A DNA stretch of 64,000 nucleotides from a virus (taxonomy: Duplodnaviria > Caudoviricetes), in the IMG/VR virus record IMGVR_UViG_3300044712_000786, positions 128,001-192,000 of that record. The stretch is one strand, 5' to 3'. The notes beneath the pieces were generated by a model, which had not been told where the DNA came from, made no database searches, and saw nothing but the letters and a program-made list of their open reading frames with translations. Positions 41,446 to 51,770 of the stretch are shown piece by piece. Numbering within the stretch: the stretch's first letter is position 1; each line of letters begins with the position of its first letter. The translations under genes were made by a program, and so were the position numbers.

Positions 41446-42069
41446 ATGATTAAAGTCATTGGTATCGGTGGAGTAGCTCGGTCTGGTAAAGATACTTTAT
41501 GTAAGTATCTGCAAGATAAATTTCCAGACTATATTACTCGCTTTGCGTTAGCGGATGAATTAAAACTAGATTTGAATGAATTTCTAAAGTCCAAAACCAA
41601 TATCTCCGCATTTACTGTTGACCCGAAAGAGAAGACTCTAATAAGGGACTTACTAGTTGCCTATGGCAAAATTAAGAGAGAGCAGTCTCAGGGGAGATAC
41701 TGGACATCCTTGTTACAGCCTAAAATAGACGAATGTATTAGAAATGGCGGGGTTGCTGTTGTCACAGATATTCGTTATGACTTTTATCCCGAAGATGAGC
41801 TATTTTGGCTTCTGAACGTTAATCGTGGAACATTCATCCATGTTACTAGAACTGATGAAGCGGGTCAGATAATTTCGCCCCCCAACAAGGATGAGGAAAT
41901 TAATAACCCTAAGCTCATGGCTAAGTGTAATTATCAGATAGTTTGGCCTACTTTTAAACAATCCTCTGATTTGGATTATTTTGTTAACAATAAGTTGGGG
42001 ACACTACTGAGTAATTTGAGTAATCAATATGGACAATTCAAGCAAAGAGTTACCCGCCAACTCCAATAA
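41446..42069 (+). CDS. deoxynucleoside monophosphate kinase-like P-loop protein
   Basis: GIGGVARSGKDT, FALADELK, VTDIRY. Confidence 0.78.
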   Translation: MIKVIGIGGVARSGKDTLCKYLQDKFPDYITRFALADELKLDLNEFLKSKTNISAFTVDPKEKTLIRDLLVAYGKIKREQSQGRYWTSLLQPKIDECIRNGGVAVVTDIRYDFYPEDELFWLLNVNRGTFIHVTRTDEAGQIISPPNKDEEINNPKLMAKCNYQIVWPTFKQSSDLDYFVNNKLGTLLSNLSNQYGQFKQRVTRQLQ

Positions 42070-42442
42070 AAAAGAAGTCTTTATTTTTGTTAGAAAGCCT
42101 ACTCGACCCGTCTTTCTTAGAGAAAGCTTTCTAGATGATGAAAAAACAAGAGCCCTTAATCAAAAAGGGTGGATGTTTACCTTGAATCTAGTTAAAAATA
42201 TTAAAGAAAATAGAACCGCCGCCTCCATAATGATTTATGACGTAGACTTAGTAGAAAAACCCACAGCACAATTTTATTCTATATCTAATACGGAAGAAAT
42301 GAATGCGGTATTAGCGGTTCCAAACAACATGTTTGAACCATTTGAAAGTGATGTATTTACGATTAATGGAAAATACAATGATATAGAAGTGGGAAAGCTT
42401 ATTGAAGAATGGACTATAGCAAATTCTCAGACGCAGAACTAA
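42029..42442 (+). CDS. hypothetical protein
   Basis: ORF track. Confidence 0.6.
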   Translation: MDNSSKELPANSNKKEVFIFVRKPTRPVFLRESFLDDEKTRALNQKGWMFTLNLVKNIKENRTAASIMIYDVDLVEKPTAQFYSISNTEEMNAVLAVPNNMFEPFESDVFTINGKYNDIEVGKLIEEWTIANSQTQN

Positions 42443-43002
42443 TAGAAGACATCCAGAATAACGCTTCTAGTGATAGTCTTAAAGAACTAACTAGCAGATA
42501 TTCCCCCGTTTGTTACAAACTATACGAGAGGTTTTCTTCTAGATTAGGTCAAAAAGGCTATTATTCAAAGGATTTTGACTCAGATAAAGACTATTTGATT
42601 TGGAAAGCGGCGTCTTCTTATGAAAAGGGAAAATCTAAATTTATTACTTGGCTGTGGGTTGGAGTAGTCTTTCATTTTAAATCGGTCTTAAGGAAGAGGC
42701 GTCATTTAGTGTCTATTGATTCTGATGAGCTAATATCTAAAGCTGAGTCTATTAGCTATAATCCCGATATGGAAGATGGAACAGAGGAATACGTTTTATC
42801 AATATTGGACAAACTTAACGATAAGCGTGTAAAGACTATCTACCAAATGAGATACTTTAATAAAGAAAATAGAGAAGCTCCTTGGAGAGAAATCGCAAAG
42901 GAACTGGATTTAAGCATTCAGGGGGCTATTAATATACATAAATCCGCTAAGAAATATTTGAAACACGCATTGACAAGGGAAGAAAACATTACTAATATTT
43001 AA
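42409..43002 (+). CDS. sigma-70-family factor (regions 2 and 4)
   Basis: SYEKGKSKFITW; MRYF...WREIAKEL.LS.QG. Confidence 0.75.
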   Translation: MDYSKFSDAELIEDIQNNASSDSLKELTSRYSPVCYKLYERFSSRLGQKGYYSKDFDSDKDYLIWKAASSYEKGKSKFITWLWVGVVFHFKSVLRKRRHLVSIDSDELISKAESISYNPDMEDGTEEYVLSILDKLNDKRVKTIYQMRYFNKENREAPWREIAKELDLSIQGAINIHKSAKKYLKHALTREENITNI

Positions 43003-43004
43003 AT

Positions 43005-43316
43005 ATGGCTAATACATTTGATAAAAAAAGAATCGGCTCTATATGGGCTAAGAAAAGCAAAGCTGGAAATGATTATTTTTCTGGGCTAATTGAAGTCGAT
43101 GGAAAAGAAGTCAACTTCATTGCTTTCTCTAACAAAACTCCTAACGGTCCTTCTAGCCCCGCTCATTTTATTTATGAGTCGGACCCTCTCCCCCCAAAGG
43201 AATCTAAGGGCGCTCCTACGACTGTGACGGGCAAGACGAAACCCGCTAAGGCTAAACCCGCTGCCCCTGCTGCTGAACCTGCTGCACCTTCTGAAGCTGA
43301 CGAAACTCCGCTATAA
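43005..43316 (+). CDS. DUF736/SSB-like small OB-fold protein
   Basis: RIGSIW.K.SKAGNDYFSG; Pro/Ala-rich acidic tail. Confidence 0.6.
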   Translation: MANTFDKKRIGSIWAKKSKAGNDYFSGLIEVDGKEVNFIAFSNKTPNGPSSPAHFIYESDPLPPKESKGAPTTVTGKTKPAKAKPAAPAAEPAAPSEADETPL

Positions 43317-43317
43317 T

Positions 43318-44403
43318 ATGTCCAAATTTGCATTAAACGTCCCTATTAATTCGGTTTCTTTTGGAAACGTCTCCATAGCTATTTTAAGGGAGCTTTTCAA
43401 TAGAGGCGAGACTCCTTCGGTCTTTCCTATCTCTTCTGTGGACATTTCTACTCAGAAACCCGATGAAAATTTTAATAGAACCCTGCAAATTTGCTTGGAT
43501 AAAGCTCCCAGTTCTCATAGTAGAAAAACCCCCATTTTTAAGCTGTGGCATTTAAATGGGGGCTTTGAGTCTTTCAGTGACAAACAGGTTTTGATGACCT
43601 TTTATGAGTTGGACTCTCCCACCAAGGAAGAGATTAACATCATTAACAATAATCACAAAGTATTAGTTACTTCCGAATACTGTAAGCGAGTATTTGAAGA
43701 CGTAGGTCTGACCAATGTGGAATATGTGCCTTTAGCTTTTGACAGCTATAACTTTGGGGTAAAAGAACGCAAGCGTTTTAGTGACGATAGGATTGTTTTT
43801 AATCTAGTTGGTAAATTCGAGAAAAGAAAAAATCACGTTCCTGTCATTCAGTCTTGGCTAAAGAAATACGGAAATAATCCTAAATATTATTTGCAGTGCG
43901 CCATCTATAATCCGTTTCTAAACCCAGAACAAAACCAAAGCGTTATTGCTCAGCTTCTTGGAGGGAAAAGATACGGGAATATTGAGTTTCTTAGTTCTAT
44001 GCAGAGTAATGAGCTATATAATGAATACCTTAACTCTGGACATATTATATTGGCTATGAGCGGGGGTGAAGGTTTCGGACTACCAGAATTCCATTCTCTC
44101 GCTCTAGGCAAACATGCGGTAGTGCTTAATGCTCATGCCTATAAGTCTTGGGCTAACTCTAGTAACGCAGTCATGATTCAACCTTCGGGCAAAACCCCAG
44201 TCTATGATAATGTGTTCTTCCAACAAGGTAGTCCCTTCAATCAGGGAAGCACCTTCATTTTTAATGAAGACGCCTTTATCGCTGGATGCGAAGCGGCTGT
44301 AGAGAGGTTCCGCTTACATCCCGTTAATACTGAAGGACTTAAGCTACAAGAAGAATTTACTTATTCGAAAACGGTAGATAAGATTTTAAAAGCTTTTAAT
44401 TAA
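43318..44403 (+). CDS. GT-B (GT4-like) glycosyltransferase
   Basis: VGKFEKRKN; SGGEGFGLPEFH. Confidence 0.85.
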   Translation: MSKFALNVPINSVSFGNVSIAILRELFNRGETPSVFPISSVDISTQKPDENFNRTLQICLDKAPSSHSRKTPIFKLWHLNGGFESFSDKQVLMTFYELDSPTKEEINIINNNHKVLVTSEYCKRVFEDVGLTNVEYVPLAFDSYNFGVKERKRFSDDRIVFNLVGKFEKRKNHVPVIQSWLKKYGNNPKYYLQCAIYNPFLNPEQNQSVIAQLLGGKRYGNIEFLSSMQSNELYNEYLNSGHIILAMSGGEGFGLPEFHSLALGKHAVVLNAHAYKSWANSSNAVMIQPSGKTPVYDNVFFQQGSPFNQGSTFIFNEDAFIAGCEAAVERFRLHPVNTEGLKLQEEFTYSKTVDKILKAFN

Positions 44404-44404
44404 C

Positions 44405-44779
44405 ATGCCCTCGTATACTTATGAGAATCCCCTTACTGGGGAAACTAAAGATATCGTTCAGAGAATGAACGACCAGCATACCTATTTTGAAAATGGGGTT
44501 GAGTGGAAAAGGGTTTTTACTAAGCCTCAAGCTGCCATAGATACCCACATAAATCCCGAATCATCAAGGGATTTCGTAGATAAGATGGGGAGAAAAAAAT
44601 GCACGCTTGGCAACATGCAGGATGAATCGGCTGTCTTAAGTCAAAAACGAGAGAAGACGATGGGAAAGGACCCAGTAAAAGAGAAGTATTACGATAGCTA
44701 CAGCAAGAAGCGAAAAGGGCGTCCTCATCCAGACCTTATTAAGAAAAAGACTTCCTCCACAATCGAAATCGAACTTTAA
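44405..44779 (+). CDS. FmdB-like zinc-ribbon-derived protein lacking Cys
   Basis: MPSYTYENP.TGE...I.Q.M. Confidence 0.55.
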   Translation: MPSYTYENPLTGETKDIVQRMNDQHTYFENGVEWKRVFTKPQAAIDTHINPESSRDFVDKMGRKKCTLGNMQDESAVLSQKREKTMGKDPVKEKYYDSYSKKRKGRPHPDLIKKKTSSTIEIEL

Positions 44780-44869
44780 TACACTAATTTTAAAGAACGA
44801 TTTTTTATTAAGTAAATTTTTCTATTTTTTCTCACGAGGTATCGTCTCGTGATGTAATTTCCTATTACC

Positions 44870-47011
44870 ATGAATAAAGATATTGTAAGTTTTGCGGACG
44901 AGATTTCGAATTTCATTTTTACCAGTAAATATAGTCGCTTCAACGAGAAGCTTGGAAGAAGAGAGACTTGGGAAGAAACCATAGGGCGTCTTGAGGACAT
45001 GCATTTAAGAAAATATTCTTATCTAAGTGACGAAGACAAACAAAAAATAAAATGGGCTTTTGATTTGGTCAGGGCAAAAAGAATTATCCCCTCTATGCGC
45101 TCTTTGCAATTCGGGGGAAAGGCCATTGAAGCTCATGAGCTTAGGCTATACAACTGCTGTATGCGTCATATAGATTCTATCCGCTCTTTTGCGGAAGTTA
45201 TGTATGCTTTATTAGCTGGCTGTGGTGTAGGTATTGGACTTTCCAAATATTTTTTGAAAAGACTCCCAGATTTAGTTAACGCTGATGATAAAACTGGCAC
45301 AGTATTAACCTATGTTATTGAGGATGATATAGAAGGATGGTCTGACTCAGTTGAAGCTCTTCTTAATTGTTATTTTAGAAATACACCCTATACGGGGAGG
45401 AAGATAGTATTTGATTATTCTAGAATTCGTAAAAAGGGGGCAATTCTAAAAACTGGTGGAGGTAAAGCTCCCGGTTATCGAGGTTTAAAGAATACACATA
45501 CTAAAATTAAGAAGCTGCTTGACCATATTATAGAAGATAAAGGCCAAATCAGGCTTAAGTCTATTGACGCTTACGATATTTTAATGCATTGCGCTGACGC
45601 TGTCTTATCGGGGGGAATTCGAAGAAGCGCCACTAGCGTAATGTTTGATGCTGATGATATGGATATGATGGATGCTAAAACGATGCTTAAAGCATCTAAG
45701 CATTCATTTATAGAAAAAGATGGCACGGTAACCTTAGGGGGCGTAGATTATCAACTTTATGTTTATAAAGTAATAGTAGACGGGCTATCATATGAAGTTA
45801 AGCTTAAGGAGTTTGAAGTAGATAATTTAAAAAAGAACGGTTTAATTAGTTGGCTCCATATACATCCGCAGCGTGGACGCTCTAATAACAGTGTTACTCT
45901 ACTAAAAAGCGCTATTACTAAAAGTAAACTAAAGGAAATTATTGAACGCACTCGACAATTTGGGGAACCGGGATTTGCCCTAGTCACTCATATTCATCAA
46001 CTTCTAAATCCATGCTTTGAGATATCCACTATTCCAGTTACCTCGGATGGGGTTTGCGGAATGCAAATGTGCAATCTAACAAGCGCTAATGGGGCTCTAA
46101 TTGACACGGTGGAAAAATTTAAAGAATGCGTAGAAGGAGAAGCAATTTTAGGGACTCTTCAGGCGGGGTATACTCATTTTCCTTACTTATCTAAAGCGGC
46201 TGAAGAACTAACCTCCGAAGAAGCCTTATTAGGGTGTTCTTTGACGGGTATGATGGATAACCCAGATATATTATTAAATCCCGAGAACCAGAGGGAAATG
46301 GCAAATCTGGCAGTTAAGACTAATCAAATTTGGGCTAAAAAGCTTGGGATAAATCCAGCAGCTAGAGTTACTTGCAACAAACCTGAGGGCACGGGAACAT
46401 TAGCTCTTAGTCAAGGGGAAACATTCGTAGCTTCTGGCATACACCCCCATCATGCCCCTAAATACTTTAGGAGGGTTCAGGCTAATACCACAGACCCAGT
46501 TTATAAGTTTTTCAAAAAGCTTAATCCCCATGTGTGCGAAGCTTCGGTTTGGTCCGCTAATCATACTGATGATGTGATTACATTCCCCATAGAAATTAAG
46601 AAAAAGGCTATATTTAAGAATGACCTGTCCGCAATTGAACATTTAAAATTTATTAAATCAACTCAACAAAATTGGGTCATTTACGGCATAAGCCCTAGCA
46701 ACAAAAAAATAATAAGTCATAACGTAAGTTGCACAGTTATTGTTAGAGAAAACGAGTGGGATAAAGTAATTGACTACTTATTTGATAATAAAGAGTTTTT
46801 TACTGCCGTATCTTTTATTTCCGCCAGCGGAGACAAAGATTACCCTCAGGCACCCATGGAAGCCGTTGTAAACGAACAAGATGAAAAGCGGTGGAACGAC
46901 ATAATTTCTAACTTTAAACATGTCGATTATACCAAACTGAAGGAAGAAGAAGACAATACTACTTTAGCTCAAGAAGGAAGTTGTTACGGTGGAGCTTGTC
47001 AAATTATCTAA
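44870..47011 (+). CDS. nrdJ: class II (adenosylcobalamin-dependent) ribonucleotide reductase, monomeric RTPR type
   Basis: KYSRF...RRETWEE, LYNC, NPCFEI, KPEGT, C-terminal CYGGAC. Confidence 0.88.
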   Translation: MNKDIVSFADEISNFIFTSKYSRFNEKLGRRETWEETIGRLEDMHLRKYSYLSDEDKQKIKWAFDLVRAKRIIPSMRSLQFGGKAIEAHELRLYNCCMRHIDSIRSFAEVMYALLAGCGVGIGLSKYFLKRLPDLVNADDKTGTVLTYVIEDDIEGWSDSVEALLNCYFRNTPYTGRKIVFDYSRIRKKGAILKTGGGKAPGYRGLKNTHTKIKKLLDHIIEDKGQIRLKSIDAYDILMHCADAVLSGGIRRSATSVMFDADDMDMMDAKTMLKASKHSFIEKDGTVTLGGVDYQLYVYKVIVDGLSYEVKLKEFEVDNLKKNGLISWLHIHPQRGRSNNSVTLLKSAITKSKLKEIIERTRQFGEPGFALVTHIHQLLNPCFEISTIPVTSDGVCGMQMCNLTSANGALIDTVEKFKECVEGEAILGTLQAGYTHFPYLSKAAEELTSEEALLGCSLTGMMDNPDILLNPENQREMANLAVKTNQIWAKKLGINPAARVTCNKPEGTGTLALSQGETFVASGIHPHHAPKYFRRVQANTTDPVYKFFKKLNPHVCEASVWSANHTDDVITFPIEIKKKAIFKNDLSAIEHLKFIKSTQQNWVIYGISPSNKKIISHNVSCTVIVRENEWDKVIDYLFDNKEFFTAVSFISASGDKDYPQAPMEAVVNEQDEKRWNDIISNFKHVDYTKLKEEEDNTTLAQEGSCYGGACQII

Positions 47012-47032
47012 TACAGGTGTAATATTATACAC

Positions 47033-47659
47033 ATGTTAGATAAGTTAAAGAATTTTTTCTTTAGTAAATTAAGCCGTTCTTTAGGCTTCCAAATGTTTTT
47101 TGTTTGGGCGCTCATATCGATGGCTCATTTTCTATATGAAAAACTTTACGAAACTAACGAGAAATACATAGATGACTTATTTTCTGGAGTAATTGTTTTA
47201 TTTGCTTTGTCTTCTATAGGTATTTTTAATCTATTGAGAGTCAATCATTTATTACAAATAGAACTTAAGAAAAGTCAAGAATTGGACGAATTAAAACTAT
47301 TCTGTAATTCAATACCAGAAATAGGATTTATTCTAAATCCAGACGGGGCAGTTATTTATGTCAATAGAAGATGGACAGATTTTACTGGTCTCGACCCTTC
47401 CGAAGCTTTAGGTTGGAAGTGGCGCGATATAATCCATCCAGAGGAACGTGACCACGTTGTAAGTATCTGGGCAGCACATACTTATAAGAAAACGGACTTC
47501 AGGACAGAGCACCGAGTTAGAGATAAAGACGGGAAGTATTCTTGGTTCTTGGCTAAAGCAAGACCTATAATAGGGGATGATGGAAAAGTCCTAAAATGGT
47601 TTGGGACATTATCCAACATCCAAGATTATATGGAAGAGAAGCAAACCTTTTCGCCTTAA
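47033..47659 (+). CDS. two-TM membrane protein with a PAS/PAC domain
   Basis: YVNRRWTDFTG..WRDIIHPEE...EHRVR.KDG.Y.WF..A.P..G.V.KWFGT. Confidence 0.85.
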   Translation: MLDKLKNFFFSKLSRSLGFQMFFVWALISMAHFLYEKLYETNEKYIDDLFSGVIVLFALSSIGIFNLLRVNHLLQIELKKSQELDELKLFCNSIPEIGFILNPDGAVIYVNRRWTDFTGLDPSEALGWKWRDIIHPEERDHVVSIWAAHTYKKTDFRTEHRVRDKDGKYSWFLAKARPIIGDDGKVLKWFGTLSNIQDYMEEKQTFSP

Positions 47660-47661
47660 TT

Positions 47662-48015
47662 ATGGAAAACGATATTTCTAATAGAGTAGATGTTCTAGAA
47701 TCTGGTCAAGGACAAATTCTTCAAATTCTTCAAAAAATTGAAAAAAGACTTATTGGTAATTTGGAAGAAGATAAACCGGGACTTATTGATGATGTAAGGG
47801 TTCTACGTAAAACAATGGAATCAATTGATACTAGAATTATGAATATAGAGCGAGCTAACTTAATAAATAGAATCCAAACGCTAGAAACCGAGATTCAATC
47901 TCTTTCGACTAAAGTCGCAGAGCTAACTAAGTATCGTTTCATGGTTTACGGCGGTATCCTAGTAGTCGCCTTTATATTTAATAAAGCTTGGGATTATATT
48001 CAAAAGATAATTTAG
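47662..48015 (+). CDS. coiled-coil protein with C-terminal TM (holin/XhlA-like)
   Basis: Heptad repeats then hydrophobic helix. Confidence 0.55.
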   Translation: MENDISNRVDVLESGQGQILQILQKIEKRLIGNLEEDKPGLIDDVRVLRKTMESIDTRIMNIERANLINRIQTLETEIQSLSTKVAELTKYRFMVYGGILVVAFIFNKAWDYIQKII

Positions 48016-48028
48016 TGTAATCTTAGGT

Positions 48029-48811
48029 ATGAAGATTGCATTAATTTTAGCCCTCGCTCTTTCTATGCCTTTAGTTGGTTGCGTGCCTAGCCGTATTAAA
48101 GGCGGAACGGTAGAACATTATTCTACAACTGGCTCTAAAACGGTTCTCGTCCAGTCTGATGACCCTAAGGAAAGGTCTATGATAGATGGGGCATCTGAAA
48201 AATCTACAGAGTTCGTAATTCCCGCTGGAAGCGTTGTACAGCTTGAAGTGCCCCAAACTGTCCAATCTACCCCAAAGACTATTTTGAATTCACCCAAGGC
48301 TAAACCTAGCTCAGTAGCTATGCCCCCAGTGCCTACCCCCCAAGTTATGAATGTCGTTCTTGCTTCCAACGCTGTGATGAAGACTTCTTCTAGGGATAGT
48401 ATGAAAACGGTTTCGGGAGCGGCCCAAAAGAACGTAATTGGAGAAATGGGAGCTAAACTAGCTTCTTTAAGACCCGTCCAATTTGTGGGCGTTGCTTTAT
48501 TGTTATTTGGTCTAGCTTCTATGTTTTGGCTACCCTTAAGGGCGATTGTCGGTTCTCATACCACTAGTTTAGTTATTGCAGCTACGGGACTTGGGCTTAT
48601 CGTCCTCCCTATTTTAATCGTGGGAAACGAGGTATTAATCCTTTTGATTGGATTGGGTTGTGCCGCAGGCTATTTCTTTGTCTATCGCTATTCTCAAGCG
48701 TCTACCAAAGCCAAGGTTTATAAAGATTTTATTGACCTAAATGGTAATAAAGTAGATGACCGTTTAGAAAAACCTGAAGAAAAAGTAGAAACTTCCGCTC
48801 CAAAAGTGTAA
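48029..48811 (+). CDS. membrane lipoprotein
   Basis: Lipobox LVGC; three C-terminal TM helices. Confidence 0.6.
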   Translation: MKIALILALALSMPLVGCVPSRIKGGTVEHYSTTGSKTVLVQSDDPKERSMIDGASEKSTEFVIPAGSVVQLEVPQTVQSTPKTILNSPKAKPSSVAMPPVPTPQVMNVVLASNAVMKTSSRDSMKTVSGAAQKNVIGEMGAKLASLRPVQFVGVALLLFGLASMFWLPLRAIVGSHTTSLVIAATGLGLIVLPILIVGNEVLILLIGLGCAAGYFFVYRYSQASTKAKVYKDFIDLNGNKVDDRLEKPEEKVETSAPKV

Positions 48812-48916
48812 GATATAGTAGACATTGACATATAAAATAGTAGGTCACAGACCGAAAAACTAAACCTCCCCCGTCAATGCAGTTCCAAAAGAATTAATTG
48901 GGGGAGCTTTTTTCTC

Positions 48917-48945
48917 TTGAAATCTCTCTAATAGCCTTTTATAAT
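48917..48945 (+). promoter_or_regulatory. sigma70-like promoter of the glycan cluster
   Basis: TTGAAA-N17-TATAAT after a terminator-like hairpin. Confidence 0.6.
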
Positions 48946-48950
48946 AGGGT

Positions 48951-49328
48951 ATGGTTATTAATGTAACAAAACCCGAAAGGCATGAAAAAGCTTGGGGCTG
49001 GGAAGATTGGATTATTAATTCAAGTCTATTCGGTTATTGTGGCAAAATACTTCATTTCCATCAAGGGGGAAAGTTTAGCCTCCACTTTCATAACATTAAA
49101 CATGAAAGTTGGTATGTTATTAGCGGCTCATTCAATTTAATTACAATTGACCCAGATAATGCTGAAAAGCGGATTACTTTTATTAAAAAAGGAGATTGTA
49201 TTATAATTCCTCAATGCCACCCTCATCAGTTAGAGGCTCTAGAAGAGTCTGAGATTTTTGAATGTTCTACCATTCATTATGAAACGGATAGCTATAGAAT
49301 AGAAAAAGGGGATAGTCAGAAACTCTAA
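48951..49328 (+). CDS. cupin (sugar isomerase-like)
   Basis: KAWG.E.W, SLHFH..KHESW, H.L.ALE. Confidence 0.8.
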   Translation: MVINVTKPERHEKAWGWEDWIINSSLFGYCGKILHFHQGGKFSLHFHNIKHESWYVISGSFNLITIDPDNAEKRITFIKKGDCIIIPQCHPHQLEALEESEIFECSTIHYETDSYRIEKGDSQKL

Positions 49329-49336
49329 TTAATTTC

Positions 49337-50128
49337 ATGAAAATCAGTATCTATAGCACGGCCTTTAATATAGTCAAACATAACTTTGATTATATGGGGG
49401 CTATTCGAAACTGGCTATTCTTTGCGGACGAAGTGGTTATCGCAGTGAATACCTCGACTGATAATACTCTTGAGGTTTTACGGAACAGTGTCCCCGATAA
49501 TGTTAAGCTGGTCCCTACGGAGATTTCTTACGATGACCCTCTTTGCTATGGTAAAATAGAAAACTCAGCTTTACAAGCCTGTTCTGGAGATATCTTAATT
49601 CAGCAAAATTTAGACGAGCGTTTGAGCGCCGACAAAGAAACTCTAGTAAATCTATGCTTGATTTTACTAAATCATCCTCAATATTATTCCTATTTTGTTC
49701 CGACTATTGATTTATTTGGGGATACTAACAAATACATTAATATAGGAAGGAAGTGGTATATTCATAAGCGTGGGTTAAAGCGCGGAGCAGTTAATTTTGG
49801 ATTAAAAACTAATGGTCGCCCCGATTATAATAAGACCAGCACTGATGAACTTACAGATTTCCAAGGTAATTTATTACCTACATACCCACTAATTACAGAC
49901 TTATCTTTAGAAAATTTAAAAGCATATCAGGAAGCAGGATATCCTCTAGTTTTTCATTTAGGTTATCTTAATTTAAATGACCGCTTAGAGAGGGCTATAT
50001 GGTGGAAAGATTTTTGGAACAAAGCGACTGGTGGAGACGAAAATACTCATCCTACTAAGATGGAAGAATTAGTCAATAAATCAGTTTTTAATCACGAACT
50101 CAAATTATGGCCAGCAATTACGATTTAA
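49337..50128 (+). CDS. GT2-like glycosyltransferase
   Basis: ADEVVIAV..STD.T; NLDER. Confidence 0.75.
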   Translation: MKISIYSTAFNIVKHNFDYMGAIRNWLFFADEVVIAVNTSTDNTLEVLRNSVPDNVKLVPTEISYDDPLCYGKIENSALQACSGDILIQQNLDERLSADKETLVNLCLILLNHPQYYSYFVPTIDLFGDTNKYINIGRKWYIHKRGLKRGAVNFGLKTNGRPDYNKTSTDELTDFQGNLLPTYPLITDLSLENLKAYQEAGYPLVFHLGYLNLNDRLERAIWWKDFWNKATGGDENTHPTKMEELVNKSVFNHELKLWPAITI

Positions 50129-50889
50129 ATTTATGTGTTTTTATTACTACCAGAGGCCATTATGGTAGAAAAGACATTTATAAGACATCCGTTCCTAATC
50201 TATTTAGCAAAATAGAAAAGTCCTTTTTCAAAGATAGGATAGTCCATATTAAGCGTTTTGACGGCGATGATGACGTATATCGGGAGATGTTTCAATTTTT
50301 CTTCGCGATGGGCTTTTATATTATTGAATCTAAATATGAGTCTTCAGGTAAAGAGTTAGCTGTCTACCATAACGAATATCAGAAGGATATTGTAAAGATG
50401 TTTGAGAATGAGAGGGTTCAGTCTAACGAATTCTCTCTTTGGTTCGAAGACGATTGGATTATTAAGTATAAGGAGCGGTCTTTAGACTCTTATTTGACTC
50501 ATGGGTGTTCGTCATTGAGAAAAAACAAAGACTTGTTATCAGTCAGGATTAACTGTGAAGCCCCAGAAAGTCCAGATAAAACCGTCCGTTACGATGAATA
50601 TCTTCTTCTTCAAAACGTAAACTATACACAATGGGGACCTACCTTCACTTTTCAGCCGACTATTATAAGAAGCAGGGACGCGATGCTAGCTTATAGGATT
50701 ATTCAAGAAAATCAACAATCGATTGGACATCTTCATATAGAGCTACAGTCTGGATTAGGATTTAAACGTCTAAGTCGTAGTAATACTCCTTTCGCCTTTT
50801 ACGATATGGACAAATTAAGGTGCTTCCATATCGGTTCGTCGCCATTTGAACAGACCTTAGATAACGAGGGAAAATTAGTATGCCAATAA
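50107..50889 (+). CDS. putative GT-A glycosyltransferase
   Basis: WFEDDW; FTFQP. Confidence 0.55.
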   Translation: MASNYDLNLCVFITTRGHYGRKDIYKTSVPNLFSKIEKSFFKDRIVHIKRFDGDDDVYREMFQFFFAMGFYIIESKYESSGKELAVYHNEYQKDIVKMFENERVQSNEFSLWFEDDWIIKYKERSLDSYLTHGCSSLRKNKDLLSVRINCEAPESPDKTVRYDEYLLLQNVNYTQWGPTFTFQPTIIRSRDAMLAYRIIQENQQSIGHLHIELQSGLGFKRLSRSNTPFAFYDMDKLRCFHIGSSPFEQTLDNEGKLVCQ

Positions 50890-51695
50890 TTCTTGTGACA
50901 GGAGGGGCTGGATTTTTAGGCCAAGCTCTAGTAGACAAACTTTATAAACTAGACTGTACAGTAAGGGTTATGTCTCGTAATGAAAGTAGTCTTAATAACT
51001 TAAAGGTTAAATATCCCAAGGTAGAATTGTTCTGCGGGGATGTTTCGGATGAATATTCCGTTAAGAACGCTTGCAGAGGGGTAGACTCGCTTTTCCATCT
51101 AGCTGCTTTTAAGCACGTATCTCTAGCCGAAAAGTTTCCAATGGAATGTATAAAGTCTAACGTCATAGGGAGCTTGAACCTATTAAAGGAGAGCGTCAAT
51201 CAGAAGATGAGGCGAGCCTTTTTTGTTAGCACAGATAAGGCATTTACTTTAAAAGGTAATTATAGCATATCTAAATTCCTAATGGAACAAATGGTCAGAG
51301 AATACTCTACCCTGAATCCAGATACGACTTATCAAATAATTCGGTTTGGTAACCTATTATACTCTTCTGGTTCTGTCCTATGCTACTGGAAGGATGAATT
51401 ACTTAAGGGTAGAGATATTAAACTTACTGACCCCGAAGCGGTTAGATTCTTCTTATCTAAGGAGCAAGCCGTTGATTTCATTTACAAACAAATGGATAGC
51501 GAAGAGTTTCTAACTAGCCCTAAAATAAAAAGTGTTAAGATGGGCAGGTTAGCCCAAGCGATGATTAAGAAATATAATCCCAATCAGTCTTACAAGATTA
51601 TAGGCTTGCAAGCTGGGGAAAGTCTAAGCGAAAAGATTAATGAAGAAAACACTTACGAGGAATATACAGACGAAGAGATATTTTCGATGATATAA
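50880..51695 (+). CDS. NDP-sugar 4,6-dehydratase/epimerase (PseB/CapD-like)
   Basis: TGGAGFLG, HLAAFKHV, VSTDKA, Y..SK, RFGN...S.GSV. Confidence 0.85.
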   Translation: MPIILVTGGAGFLGQALVDKLYKLDCTVRVMSRNESSLNNLKVKYPKVELFCGDVSDEYSVKNACRGVDSLFHLAAFKHVSLAEKFPMECIKSNVIGSLNLLKESVNQKMRRAFFVSTDKAFTLKGNYSISKFLMEQMVREYSTLNPDTTYQIIRFGNLLYSSGSVLCYWKDELLKGRDIKLTDPEAVRFFLSKEQAVDFIYKQMDSEEFLTSPKIKSVKMGRLAQAMIKKYNPNQSYKIIGLQAGESLSEKINEENTYEEYTDEEIFSMI

Positions 51696-51770
51696 ATATC
51701 AACGAATTCATTGACATATCCCCAAAACATGCGGATAATAAAATAGTGGGCATTTACAATTTAGGCAACT

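Noticed and set aside
44870-47011. Intein or intron in the RNR gene
   Set aside because: ORF is continuous; the ~60-aa insert lacks intein N-terminal Cys/C-terminal HN motifs.
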